Shown: in pieces, positions 28,195 to 40,800 of the stretch
Numbering within the stretch: the first letter of the stretch is position 1
How the letters are laid out: every line of letters starts with the position of its first letter
Assembly: GCF_009914755.1 (NCBI RefSeq)
Contig: NC_060930.1
Length of the DNA stretch: 64,000 bases
Direction: 5' to 3' (one strand)
Source: the human T2T-CHM13v2.0 reference genome, Homo sapiens
Program-made: the position numbers and the translations under genes
Notes under the pieces: model-generated
Databases searched by the model: none
The model's input: only the letters and a program-made list of their open reading frames with translations
What the model was told of the DNA's origin: nothing

Positions 28195-28402
28195 TCAGCA
28201 TTGAGGATTGGTATGTGTAGCAGTCAAGCACATGAGTTCCAGAACCAGATCACCTTTGTTTGATGACCAGCTCTGCCACCTGCTAGCTGAGTGGCTTTTG
28301 GCAAGTATGTAACCTTTCTGTGCCTCAGTTACATTTTCTCATTAAGTGTATTGTGAGGCTTCAATAAATTAGTTAATATGACATGCTTAAAACAGTGCCT
28401 GG
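28195..28402 (+). mobile_element. MIR hosting the inverted L1; resumes at ~30183-30225
   Basis: CCAGCTCTGCCACCTGCTAGCTG...CTGTGCCTCAGTT...AACAGTGCCTGG; continuation GCCTGGAAAATAAGCATTCAATAAATG. Confidence 0.8.
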
Positions 28403-28979
28403 TTTCATTCTTCTTTCTACCTGTGGCTTGCACATGGTGCTGGTGGTTTCCCAGCACCATTTATTGAATAGGGCATCCTTTTCCCAATTTATGTTTTTAT
28501 ATGTTTTGTCAAAACTCAATTGGCTGTAAGTATTTGGCTTTATTTTTGGGTTCTCTATTCTGTTCCATTAGTCTACATGCCTATTTTTATACCAGTACCA
28601 TGCTGTTTTGGTAACTGCAGACTTGTAGTATAATTTGAAGTTGGTTAATGTGATGCCTCCAGATTTGTTCTTTTTGCTCAGGACTTTGGCTCTTGCTTAT
28701 TGCTTATGGCTTGGTGCTTATTGCTTTGGTTATGTGGGCTCTTTTTTGGTACAATATGAATTTTAGGATTTTTTTTTCTAGTTCTGTGAAGAATGATGAT
28801 GATAGTTTGATGGGAATTGCATTGAATCTGCGGATTGCTTTGAATAGCACGGTCATTTTCACAATATTGATTCTTCCCACTCATGAGCATGGGCTGTGTC
28901 TCCAGTTGTTTGTGACATCTATGATTTCTTTAGGCAGTGTTTCATAGTTTTCCTTTTAGCAGTCTTTCACATCCTTGGT
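28403..28979 (-). mobile_element. Inverted 5' segment of an L1PB (ORF2)
   Basis: Antisense L1 ORF2 text TTTCATTCTT...CCCAGCACCATTTATTGAATAGG...TCTTTCACATCCTTGGTT. Confidence 0.92.
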
Positions 28980-30180
28980 TATCTCTCACTATACAAAAAT
29001 CAACTCAAGATATAGCAAAGACTTAAATCTAAGACCTAAAACCATAAAAATCCTAGAAGGTAACATCAGAAAAAGTCTTCTGGACATTGGGTTTGGCAAA
29101 GAATTCATGACTAAGACCCCAAAAGCAAATGCAACAGGAACAAAAGTAAATAAATAAATGGGACCTAACTAAACTAAAAAGCTTCTGCACAGCAAAAGCA
29201 ATAATCAACAAAGTAAATAGACAACCCATAGAGTGGGAGAAAATATTCGCAAACTATGCACCTGACAAAGGACTAAGATCCAGAATCTACAAGGAACTCA
29301 AACTAATCAACAAGAAAAAAAAAATAATCCCATTAAAAAGTGGGCAAAGGACATGAATAGATATTTCCCAAAAGAAGATATAATGAATAGCCAACAAACA
29401 TATGAAAAAATGCTCAACATATGTAATCATCAGAAAAATACAAATTAAAGCCACAATGAGATACCACCTTACTCCTATAAAAATGGCCATTATTAAAAAG
29501 TCGAAAAACAATAGGTGTTGGCATGCATGTGGTGAAAAAGGAACACTTTTACACTGCTGGTGGGAATGTAAATTAGTACAACCACTATGGAATACAGTGT
29601 AGAGATTTCTTAAAGGACTAAAACTAGATCTACCATTCAATTCAGCAATCCCACTACTGGGTATCTACTCACAGGAAAAGAAGTCATTATATGAAAAACA
29701 CATGCACACACACTTATAGCAGTACAATTCACAATTGCAAAGATACGGAACCAACCTAAGTGCCCACCAACCAACCAGTGGATAAAAAAAATGTGGTATA
29801 TATACACCATGGAACACTACTCAGCCATAAAAAGGAATGAGATAATGTCCTTTGCAGCAACTTGGATGGACCAGGAGTCCATTATTCTAAGTGAAGTAAA
29901 TTCAGGAATGGAAAACAAAAAAACCATATGTTTTCACTTATAACTGGGAGCTAAGCTATGGAAACGCAAAGGTATGGAGAGTGGTATAATGGACTTTGAG
30001 GACTCGGGGGTGGGAAACGTTGGGAGGGAGGTGAGGGATAAAAGACTACATATTGGGTACGGTGTACCCTGCTCAGGTGACAGATGCACTAAAATCTCAG
30101 AAATCACGACTATAGATCTCAACCATGTAACCAAAAACCACCTGTACCCCAAAACCTACTGAAATTAAAAAATTTTTAAA
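28980..30180 (+). mobile_element. L1PB (L1PB1-3-like) ORF2 C-terminus plus 3'UTR; sense segment of a 5'-inverted insertion
   Basis: ORF 29402-29602 has [15 protein letters not shown]...[13 protein letters not shown]; L1PB 3'UTR GGGATAAAAGACTACATATTGGGTAC...AAACCACCTGTACCCC. Confidence 0.95.
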
Positions 30181-32719
30181 AAGCCTGGAAAATAAGCATT
30201 CAATAAATGCTATGTGTTACTATTATTTCACCAAATTTAAAGATGAGAAAACAGAAGCTGGTAGAGGTAACTTGTGCAAGATTACCAAGCTGGTGAGTAA
30301 CTATCCTCAGAGGGACTGAAGAGGGGCCTGGGCCTGATCTTCCCCCTCTAGAAGTCTATCATATCCAGCCTATCCTGCATATGGTGGAATTAGCCACTGC
30401 TAGAGTACTGTCTACATAATATGTTAAAGTACACTTAACTTGGGTAAGAAAAATGAGTAGGCGGCCAAGCACCCACTAGTTATAAGCCTATCTACTTGCT
30501 ACTTTAGAAATGGGTAAAAAGGGTTTTAAAAATATTAGACACAGAATGTTTCTCTTATGAGGAAGGGACAAGGTATCAGTGACAGACAGGCCTGGGTAGG
30601 GTGAAATTCCACCCACGCCCCATCAGGACTAGGTTTAGGGCACCAGGGGTTAGGAAACACCAAAGATAAATAGGTCAATTTTGTCATTTTCCTGGGTTTT
30701 TGCTCTTCATCCCTTACCAAACATACTTCTGGGGCAATAGAGACAAGGACAAGGACAGGGAAAACCTTGGAGCTGCGTAACTCCTGATGGTTCTGTCCCC
30801 TTCCTTGGGCACAGTTCATTGAAACCTACTTGTGGAGAGGTCTATGGTGATGGGACACAGTTGAGGCAGAGAGAGTAAAGAAGCAAAATAAGAGTCCTCC
30901 CTTTGAGAGGAAAAATTGTCCCTATCCAAGTCAGTTCAAATTAGTAATCTAAAAGAAAAAGAAAACTAATTGAGTTTAACACCCTCATCACTCCTCATAT
31001 GCCTTTACAGGGCAAAACTGTCTTGTCAAAATTTTTGTATGGTTTTCATTCTCTGAGGTTTGCTTTAATTACTAAAACATTTACCCAATGTAATAGCATC
31101 CTGAGTAGCTGGCATTAAGGTCTTTACTTCTTTAGACTGGACCTGTTAGATAACATAAGGAAGCTTTCTTGGATGATTTGAGTCTAAAGGCATCTCTATC
31201 AAGACTCAGTGCTAGGGTTTTCCTGGGATACTCAGGAACAGAGCATGTTCACCTTTGCAGAAGCCCTCTGTGCTACACCATCCCCTCCAAAAGTCCTGGC
31301 AGAAGAGTGCTCTCCTGTTCTGTTTGTAGCTGGCTGGGGTTACAGATGGAAATGAGCAGAAACTGAGCAGTGCCTTGCTACCTCCTGGGGGGCTGCCAGA
31401 ACCCGTTCACACTAGAGGGGCTGTTGGAGCCATCCTCCTCAGAGCACTAAAGGCTCAGGCCCTTTCCTACTTTTGGGACCTGTAGACTGTTTTCCATTTC
31501 CCCATGAAAGCTGGAATGCTAGATAAGTGCTGGCTTTAGTTACAAAACCTAAGGGATCCTAGAAAGCCAAGTATGTGTGCCAAGCAGCTCTGACCTGCAG
31601 TATCCATCAAGGACCTGGTTGCAACTGCAGTTCTTACAGTTTTAGAAGGGAATCCTGCTCAGAGGCCAGAAAGAATCATTTGGTGTCACACAGGATCAAT
31701 TTATTGGTTTAAAAAAAGGCCAATGATAACCGAAGAATTGTGAAATTTTCTTAGTTGTTATTTAAAAAATCCAAGTATTTGGCATCCTTCAAATGATAAA
31801 AGCATGTAGCAAAGTTTAAAAGACTATTGTCCTTTGTAAGCCTATCCACAAGGCCAAGAAGGCCTTTGAACTCTTGAGAGGACTGTACTTGGCTGATAAT
31901 TCTTTGGAGATATGAGCTGATGGATGTGCTGAAACCTCCTCAAGAACCATTTCCCTCCACCAGCCAGGAGTCAGGGAATAGTAGAGCTGAGCAAGGCAAC
32001 CTTGGCAAAGACAGGAAAGTCACCCTGGATGCTCAGTTCAAGAGGAGGTCAAGAGCTGTGCAGCGAACACCACTCCATTATAATCTATTTGTGGAAAGCA
32101 TAATGTGTATTTTTGTTAAAGGACAATCATACACTGAGGAGAATTAAGTTGGCAGTCTGGTGTTTAAAGGATCAGTATGATAGACAAATAGAGTAAGTGT
32201 GAGGGGAAATTTTCAGCAACAAAAAAAAATGACTTGGGAGAAGATGTGCTGAGATGACAGTTACTATATGAACCATTTACTTAGGTCAAAGCGCCCGAGA
32301 TGACAGAAAAGTCACTTAGCTTTCTTAAACAGACAAGCCCTGAAAAACGGCATCCTGCTCAAGCAGTTCATTTACTACCCAGTCAACCACAGACTTACCC
32401 AGGAGGGCATGAAATTGTGTCTGGAGCAAACTGTGGCCAAGCCCATGAAGACAAATCATTACTTTCTGGAGTGGCTTTTAAAAATTAAAAATAGGAAAGA
32501 TATTCCATGAGAAACTATATTCTTTATTGGATAAGTCTAACTGGACCAAGAAAATAGCACGTTTAACTCTCTATTTAAAGGGCAAGAATCAAAATGAGGA
32601 TAGTTTTAAAGGACCTCCAAAAATAAATGAGTTAAGACTATCTTTTACCTTATGTTTTCAGATTGTGGCAGCAAGGGGTTAGCTTGGTAAGTGGGTGAAG
32701 CATTGTGAGGCTATGTTTC

Positions 32720-32990
32720 TGTGCTTCCTAAAGAAGAATTATTAATATCACCAATCATAGAATTACCTCTGCTTCCTCACAGCATCTAATCCAGAATAAA
32801 ATCCTACTTCCTTGAACTCTTACCAAAATCACCCAAATCCTATAATAAGTCTTTTCTAACACCCCCTTTTCAAGACACCCCACAATTTCCCACGGAGTGA
32901 GATTATCTTCACTGCAACAAATGGATAAACCCAAACTTTCTTACATTTACAGGCAGATTCATGATTGTCTTTGACCAGAGAGCACTGACA
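32720..32990 (+). mobile_element. Partial ERV1-type LTR (MER31-like 3' part)
   Basis: CAAAATCACCCAAATCCTATAATAAGTC...CTGCAACAAATGGATAAACCCAAAC...TCTTTGACCAGAGAGCACTGACA. Confidence 0.45.
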
Positions 32991-33631
32991 ATGTAATAAT
33001 GGACAGAAGTGTTGGTAAAATTCCGCAGTTCAAACTGAGACAGCTCCCTTAGGCTGTGTCCACATGCATTAAAAAACTTGTCATTCAGTGAATTCAGTCA
33101 GACTCTTGCAAGAACCACTTCTATTCATTCATTAAAACAGGGTCCAAAATCATTAGTCAATGCGTATTTGTAGCCTCTTTCCCTGTTTCTGCCTTTAATA
33201 AGACTCCTAGACCGTTCTTCCTCACTCCTTACCCCATATTCCTAAGAAGGAAAGATCCTGACTGGCTTAGTCAACCCTGGGCCATTGATTGTACAAAATC
33301 TAGGGACTGGGAGAACCAGTAGTAACTGAGAGACAGGAAAGGTGAACTCAATCCGTGCAATAAAGAATTGAGCTAGGGTGGGTGGGGAGAAAAAAGAAAG
33401 ACTGAAGCATCGGGTTTAGAGGAGCCAAACTGGTGAGGATGTGGGAATCTGGGAAGAGAGACACTAAAGCACCTGCAGGAGCTGAGACAGTGGATGTGAA
33501 ATACAATGAGGAAAAAGAATTTTAAAGAAGTTTCCCTGTGCTTTATGAAAGCGCCGTATACCCCCCAGCCCTCTCTCATGTTCACAGCCTTCTTTACATA
33601 AAAGCAAAAACAAAATAACTTGGTATTTTGG

Positions 33632-34440
33632 AGATTGATTTAAGGCTTAAATGCAAAGCCTGAAACCTTAAAAATTCTTGAAGAAAACCTAGGAAAAACT
33701 TTTCTGAACATTGGCCTAGGAAAAGAATTCATGATTCAGGCCTCAAAAGTAAATGCAACAAAAACAAAAATAGGCAAATGGGATTTAATTAAACTAAAAA
33801 GCTTCTGCACAGCAAAAGAAATAATCAACAGAATGAAAGACAATCTACAGAATGGGAGAAAATATTGGCAAACTCTGCATCCAACAAAGGACTAATACCT
33901 AGAATCTACAGGGAACTCAAACAATTCAACAAGAGAAAAACCAAATAACCCCATTACACAGTAGGCAAAAGACAAGAACACACACTGTTCAAAAGAAGAC
34001 ATACAAATGGCCAATAAGTATAAGAAAAAAATGTTCAATGCCACTGATCATCAGAGAAGTGCAAATTAAAACCACAATGAGATACTATATTATATCAGTC
34101 AGAATGGCTATTATTAAAAAGTCAAAAAATAATAGATGTTGGTGAGGATGCAGAGAAAAGAGAATGCTTATACACTGTTGGTGGAAATGTAAATTCATAC
34201 AATCTTTATGGAAAACAGTGTGGAGCTTTCTCAAAGCACTACAAATAGAACCACCCTGTAATCCAGAAATCCCAATACTGAGTATCTACCCAAAGGAAAA
34301 AAATTATTGTATCAAAAAGATAACCTGCACTCACATGTTTAGCACAACGCTATTTACAATAGCAAAATCATGAAATTAACCTGTGTCCATAAATGAATAA
34401 TTAAAGCAAATGTGATATATATGTACATATATATATGCAT

Positions 34441-34481
<41 letters not shown>

Positions 34482-34634
34482 CACACACACACATACATAC
34501 ACCATGGAATACTACTTAGTCATGAAAAAGAATGAAATCATGTGTTTTTTTGCAGCAACATGGATGGAATTGGAGGCCATGATCTTAAGCGAAATAACTC
34601 AGAAAGTCAAATATTCCATGTTCTCACTTATAAA
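33632..34634 (+). mobile_element. L1MA/L1PB4-like ORF2 C-terminus and partial 3'UTR
   Basis: ORF 34164-34373 has HCWWKCKFIQSLWKTVW; CTAAAAAGCTTCTGCACAGCAAAAGAAATAATCAAC. Confidence 0.92.
34415..34502. repeat. Compound (TA)n/(CA)n microsatellite in the L1
   Basis: Alternating AT and AC runs. Confidence 0.9.
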
Positions 34635-34884
34635 TATAGACTAGATCCTACTTGTTTTATCCTCAGTATGCAACACAGTGCCTGGCATGGGGCAGTTACT
34701 TGACATACTTTGTTTCATCAAATAAGTGTTATCTGGCTTCTTGTTCTAGTCATCACCACCATGCTTTGTCACTGGCAAAGCATTGTAAGGTACCTGTCTC
34801 TGTTCAACCAGCATAGGCAAATATCCTAGTACTTCTGCTTTTTCCCTCCTTTTCTTTCCCAATTCAGGCTGTCTTTCAGGATAA

Positions 34885-35720
34885 TAATAATGATAAATCC
34901 TGTGTATGGGCATTGTACTAAACTCTTCCTTTTCATTATTTCTACTAATCCTCACAACAATTCTGGAGGTAAACATTGCCCACTTTAAGGTTAGAAATCT
35001 GAGGCTTGGAGAGGTTTCATAACATGTCTAGGACATAGCTACTAAGTAAGGAAACAGCAATGCAAAGCCCAGCCCCACTAAATTTCAGACTTTACAAAAC
35101 CCTTCAGTCAATCCCTAACTTGTGTCGTCAGACCTATTTCTCATCATCTTCCTAAATTCCAGCTCAATAGGACCACCAGAAATTCTCCTCATGTATCCTC
35201 ACAACTTTGCTTCTATTGTTGCCTCCTCCAGATGCCCCCCTCACATGCCCTGCGCAAAGCCCAACTCAAACATTTCCTCTGTCATGAGGCTATCTCTGCT
35301 TTCTCTACCCCTCCATTGGCTACAATCTTGCTTCTTTGTCATATTTAGCTTGAACTTCTCTTACAACAGGTATTATATTCTGCCCCGAATTAGAGCTATT
35401 CTGATGCACATCTTTTACTTTATCCTTCTTTACCTTCTCAACTAGGTATAATAACAGCAAACACATATACTGCTTACTAGGTGTCTGAGAACAGTCTAAG
35501 CACTTAACATATACTAAGTTACTGAATTCTTATAATAACTCTCTAAGGCATGTACAATGCATATGCATCCTCTCTGTTTTGCCGATGAGGAAACTAAGGC
35601 ACAAAAAGTTCAGTAAACTTGCCTGGGGTCATAAAACCAATGAGTAGCAATAACAGAGCTTGCACCCAGGTAATACAGCACCAGCACCCATGCCATGAAC
35701 CATTAGGCCAGGTTGCTCAC
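34885..35720. mobile_element. Cluster: MIR (-, ~34885-35090), L2 (+, ~35100-35440), MIR (-, ~35447-35720)
   Basis: TAATCCTCACAACAA...CTGAGGCTTGGAGAGG; GATGAGGAAACTAAGGCAC; pyrimidine-rich L2-like text between. Confidence 0.65.
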
Positions 35721-36105
35721 GTGTAGCAAGATCTGCTGAGCCAAAGAATAAATGAATATACAAATGAATGAATGTAAGCCAGCAAATTCAGTGTAAAATT
35801 AAACAAGCCAGTCACATTATTTGGTTTATATGACATCAAGTTACCCTAAATTTGTGGCATTAAAAATAATTTTTATGTGTTAATCATTCACTTTAAAAAA
35901 TTCCTTCAATAAATATTTTCTGAAGACATTATGCCTGGCCCAGGGCTAGAAGCTGGCTAAGTTTGTGCTGTAAGATCTCACAATCATCCAGGGTGGAGCT
36001 TGCAGGTGTCTGCCATTTGCACTGGAGTTGGTTGTGTAGATATTTAATAACTGAGACTTTATGACTGTACTTAATTTTCTTCCTATTATGAACCATGAAC
36101 TAAAG

Positions 36106-36299
36106 CAGTGGTTCTTCCCTCCTCATTTGACATTGTCTGAAGACATTTTTGGCGTCACAACTGAAGGTGCAGATGTTACTGGTATCAGGTGGTTAAAATC
36201 CAAGAATGCCACCAAGCATTCCAAAATGCACAGGACAGCCGCCATGACAAAGATATATATGGCCCAAAATGTCAATAGTGCCCAGACCGAGAAACCCTA
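36106..36299 (+). mobile_element. MER20 (hAT-Charlie MITE)
   Basis: CAGTGGTTCT...TGTCTGAAGACATTTTTGGCGTCACAAC...GGCCCAAAATGTCAATAGTGCC...GAGAAACCCT. Confidence 0.88.
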
Positions 36300-39201
36300 C
36301 AGCAAAAATATAAAGAAAAATTCCTATGCCAAAAACCAAAGATGAACAAGAAGCTCTCACTGAGAGGGAACCTCTCAGACTCCTTGGAGGAAAGGCCAGT
36401 GTAAAATTGAGAAAAATTAATTAAACCATGGCAGTAATAAAGAAATAAACAAAGCATACCCAGCAAAATAAAATCAAGTCTAAAATACTCCTTGAATCTG
36501 CAGTAGCATTTAGTAAATTAATCTAATTACTGGGATTTTTGCAAATGCTGCCAGTGGTACGGTTGTTCTGCAAGGAGGAAGATTCAATTGCCAGCCTCCC
36601 CAGAAATTCACTTAGGAAAATTTATTATTTAGTTATCCTTGTGTGCTACAGGGTTGAGGTTCTAGAATGAGCAATTGCTTCATCTAAGACAAAACATCTA
36701 AACTCAGTGTGTGCAGACGCCTGGCTCAGGAATACCCCCTCTATTTTAGAGGTTAAATATGGACCTAGAGACCACATCCTGCAGATCAGCCCTCAGAGCG
36801 GAAGGTAAGATGGCTACTCCTTTACTGACTACATAGGAAAATTTGGGCTTCCTTGAAGCTCCAAAGAGGGGTCCCTAAGGGATCCTGAGGGGAAAATCCC
36901 CCCATTCTCCTTTTCCCAAATTATTTTTTTTAGTAGACAATGATGTCGTTTATTTAAAATGTTTACTCCAAGAAATATATATGTATTTATGTATGTATAT
37001 GACAATTACAGCACTAAACCAGGCACCTTCGACCAAATCACAACCTCCTCTTTGATTCCCCTTCACTCTAAGCCTCTTTCAAATTCTTTCTCCTGAGCTG
37101 GGAGACCAGTGAGTTGCCTGCGGAGTCAGCGCCAAACACGTTCACAGCAGGGCAACTGTGTACCTCTCTCTAGGAGTGCACGACGCCCTTCTCCCCAACT
37201 CCTTGTTTTAAAGGATTTAACCCATTAGGAAGTTCATTTTGCAATCTAAGCCAAAAGGAGGTATGGGACAAGGCAGTCTTCACTTCGAAGGCCCCTTTCC
37301 TGCTCCAGACCCTGGCTAGGGTTCTAGAAGGGGCTGGCCACCGGAAGATCTAAGTCTAGCTCCTGCAAAGGCTGGGACCTCGAGTGTTGCTTCCTCAACT
37401 CTCTCGGTGACCACGACTCAAAGGGAGACCTCAAGGGTGCCAGAAGCACAGGTGCCTGGGCTGCGTTCCAGGAAAGAGAACTGTCCAGGGAAACAGATTA
37501 GGTTATCGCATGGAAGCCTGAGTCAGAAATGGTGGTTTTGGGGTGATTTGGACAAATTAGGTTAGTTTAGCAAAGCTCTGAAGTGGCAGAAGCTTCTCCC
37601 CTGGACTACTGATTGAACACAGAACAAGAGATGCGCGGGGCCTCAGACTAAGTCTTAGAGAGATGCAGGCCAGTCTCCTCCCACAGGGCCTTGGGACTGG
37701 CGCGACAGACACTGCTATGTGGCCTCCAAGGGCAGGAGTCACGGTAAGGAGAGACTGGGGTGGAGCAACAACACCTAGATCATTTTTGGCATTTTAACAT
37801 GGAGACAGTGACAAGCGGTAACAATAGCAAAGCAAAAAAAAAAAAACACATTTGAAGAGACCAAAATTTAACTTTCCCATCCACCCAAGTCTCACACTCA
37901 CTTAAGTTCTATTCCCATCTCCCTCATAAGCACCACTGAACTAAATATCTATTTTAAAGCGCCCAAACCAGTCCAGACCCTCTGGAAACCAAGAGCCCCA
38001 GCCAGAGCTGTCCCCCCTTTTGGGTCCAGGCGAGAAGAGCGTTCCGGGAAAGGCACCTCATAACTCACTCAGCACAGCGCACACGCAGAGAGCTCGGGCA
38101 CTTGACGGGGACACGGGTGGCAGCCACAGCATCAGTGCTGACGCGCAAGGAAGGGAACTCTTCAGTAATCCCAACTATTTAGTACCAGAGCCAACCAAAC
38201 GTGACTAAAGGGAGCTGAGCCAGCAGAACGGTACCCCGAGTCTCAGCAACAGGATGGCCAGTGCGAGGCAGGATGCAGGTAGGGTAGAAAAGGAGACCAA
38301 AGCACAAGGTGATCAAGGCTGGTATGGAAAGGGCTGATCCTTCTTGCAAGGACTAGATCTCTAATTGGCGAGTGCGTGTAACAAGGCTCAGCCAGGGCTC
38401 CACAGGAAGCCACTAAGCCGACTCAGCTGATACAAATGTTTCCACCTCTGCCCCACCCCCAAGTCCCCATGGTTCTACCACCAACTGATTTTCATTTGGA
38501 CTTCTTTAACAGCTGAGGTAGATATAAATGGCTAAACACAGACCCCCCTCCCCCACCAGGGGAGCCAGGGCAGATTCTCTATGTTGCAGCCAGAAGGCTG
38601 TGGGCGTACAGGCCGCCAAGGGGAGAAACAGAACCGACGCCGGCCTAGGCGGATCTGCAAAAAAAAGCGGGAAAGGAGTGACCCGTATGCTTCCGAAGCA
38701 CGCGACCGTGATTTTGGATGGAGGCGGGCGGGCAGGGACTGACTTTGCCTAGCTGCTGCCGGTTCCTGTAAAGGACTATTTTTTCTGAGTAAATGGTGAT
38801 TCCTCTTCCATGTAGCATCTGCTTGGATCACGGATGCTAATTATAACTGGAAAGGGGGTGTTTTGGGGAGTGTATTCAGGAAAGGAAAAAAGAAAAAACT
38901 TAAAAAAAAAAAAACTCTAGATTGCTCAAAGTTTCTACCTCTTCTGTAGGAATGGTAAGTCAACTATGAGCAAGTATTTTAATTCGACATTAAGGGGAAA
39001 AACGTACTTTGGAAAGCATAGAAAAAAAGGTGGTTAACGTTGGATCACTTGTAAAACGGAACCTCAAGGAGTCTAAACAAAAATGCACCTTTGGTCGACT
39101 TTCACTTTTTTAAATTCCTCATTTCACTTCACGAAGTCCCAGTGCACATGGAAATGACAGCTGCCGCCAGAGGTATGGAGTCGGAGGAGTCTCCGGAAGC
39201 A

Positions 39202-40712
39202 TGGGAGGGTTCGGGGTTGTATTCTGGCAGTTTCTTGATCTCTTTCTCGGTCTCACTTTCGTCTCTTGCTATCACCAAGGAGTGTGAGTAGCCCATGGCG
39301 ACCTTCTCTGAGAAAATGAAGACTGTGGATGCAGAGTCTTCACCTCCTGGGCTGCAGTGGAAGACTTGGGCTTGTGGTCCCCCTAGCCCAGTTCCCCGAA
39401 GGTCGGTGATAGGCCCCAGCTGATGGCGCTCTCGTCGGCGGCCACAATGATACTGCTCTTCCCACAAGCCAGGCTCTGGATTCTCCAGCCACAGAGGTCC
39501 TGCACTGCTTTCGGGTACATGGCAGATTCACGGGAGGTAGTGGTGGCCCTCCGGAAAAACAGACCACCCACTTCACTGACGGCCAAGGAGCAGGTGTAAC
39601 CAGCATAGATCTGGGACGCACCACGCCAAGGGAAGTCAAACAGCTTCACCAGGCGGCGGACCATCTCGTCCTTCTGCTCTGCGTGGCCGAGCCGGCCATA
39701 GCCACCGAAGCCCCAGGAGAAGACTCGCTTCTGGGAGTCCAGGACCACGTGTGGTTAGCACCACAGGCCACGTCTCACACAACCACGTTTGGTACAGGCA
39801 GAATCTGTCCGTCTTTCGTCTTCTCAATGAATATGGCCAGTCGCGGGGGAACCAGTTCGCAGTCGTACTCTATCCGCCGTGCCCCAAAGATGAACTTCCC
39901 ATCCGAGTTGTGTCCCAGCTGGCCATATTCAGGGCACCCAAAGGAATAGAGGTTTCCTTTTCAGTCCATTATCATACTGAATTCAGCCCCACAGGCCATT
40001 TTGGTAATTGGCTGGCCGTTATACATTATCCGCGCGGGGCTGCACAGCGTCTGTCTGGTTGGCAAGGCCCAGCTGCCCCATCTTGTTCTCCCCAAACGCA
40101 AACACAGAGCCCGTTTTCGTCAAGGCCAAGGTGTGGTTCCACCCACATGCTGCAGACATGGTCACTTCATGGCAGAGACCCTCGATGAATCTGGGGGCCT
40201 CTACTCTCTTGGTGTCGCCATGTCCCAGCTGCCCCTTCTCATTTCGACCCCAACTCCACAGCTTCCCTTCCATGGTGATGAGGAGGCTGTGTGCAGCACA
40301 GGAACCTGAGATCACTGTCCGTATCCGGACCCCCGCCAGACAGCCATACCTGTGGGGACCCCACAAATTCTGACCGAGATCGCGGTAAGCAGTTTGCTGT
40401 TTAGGCACTTCTTTTCGACCAATCATGTCCCAGTTAGTTGCCCCCAAAATCAAAAGCTGCCCATTGCACTTTGACCCTTTAAGTTTGACGCGCTCCTTGG
40501 CGCCCCGCGCGCTTGTCCCCGCACGGGTCCCAGTCGAGCTCCACGCGGTCCTAGTCACCACTGCAGCCGCAGCCGCGGCTGCTGCTGCAGCGTTCGGGCC
40601 GCTCGCCCTTCCTGCCCGCCGGACCTCCGAGCTTCCTGGGCCCGGCGCGGGCAGTGCCGTTGTCCGAGCTCGGCTCCTCCCAGGCCGCCTCCGCCGCCGC
40701 CTTCTTCCTGGG
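39202..40712 (-). pseudogene. RCC2: Disabled RCC2 coding region (RCC1-repeat beta-propeller)
   Basis: PRKKAAAEAAWEEPSS; KERVKL...GATNWD; GKLWSWGRNEKGQLGHGD; VLDSQKRVFSWGFGGYGRLGH; KKLPEYNP. The ATG is absent (TAG at 40713-40715). Stops at 39961-39963, 39775-39777 and 39383-39385, plus several frameshifts. Confidence 0.96.
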
Positions 40713-40800
40713 CTAGTTGGAGTGATGAGAAATAGGAGAGAAAAAAACGAAGAGAAGCAATTAAAAGACGGATCGGAGGGCTTTTTTTTTTCCCCGGCCC
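40480..40800. promoter_or_regulatory. CpG-island-like segment inherited from the RCC2 5' end
   Basis: Very GC-rich with dense CpG (CGCCCCGCGCGC, CCCGGCGCGGG, CCGCCGCCGC); function not shown. Confidence 0.55.

Noticed and set aside
39202-40712. Functional full-length RCC2 retrogene
   Set aside because: No start codon, at least four in-frame stops, several frameshifts and a lost native stop.
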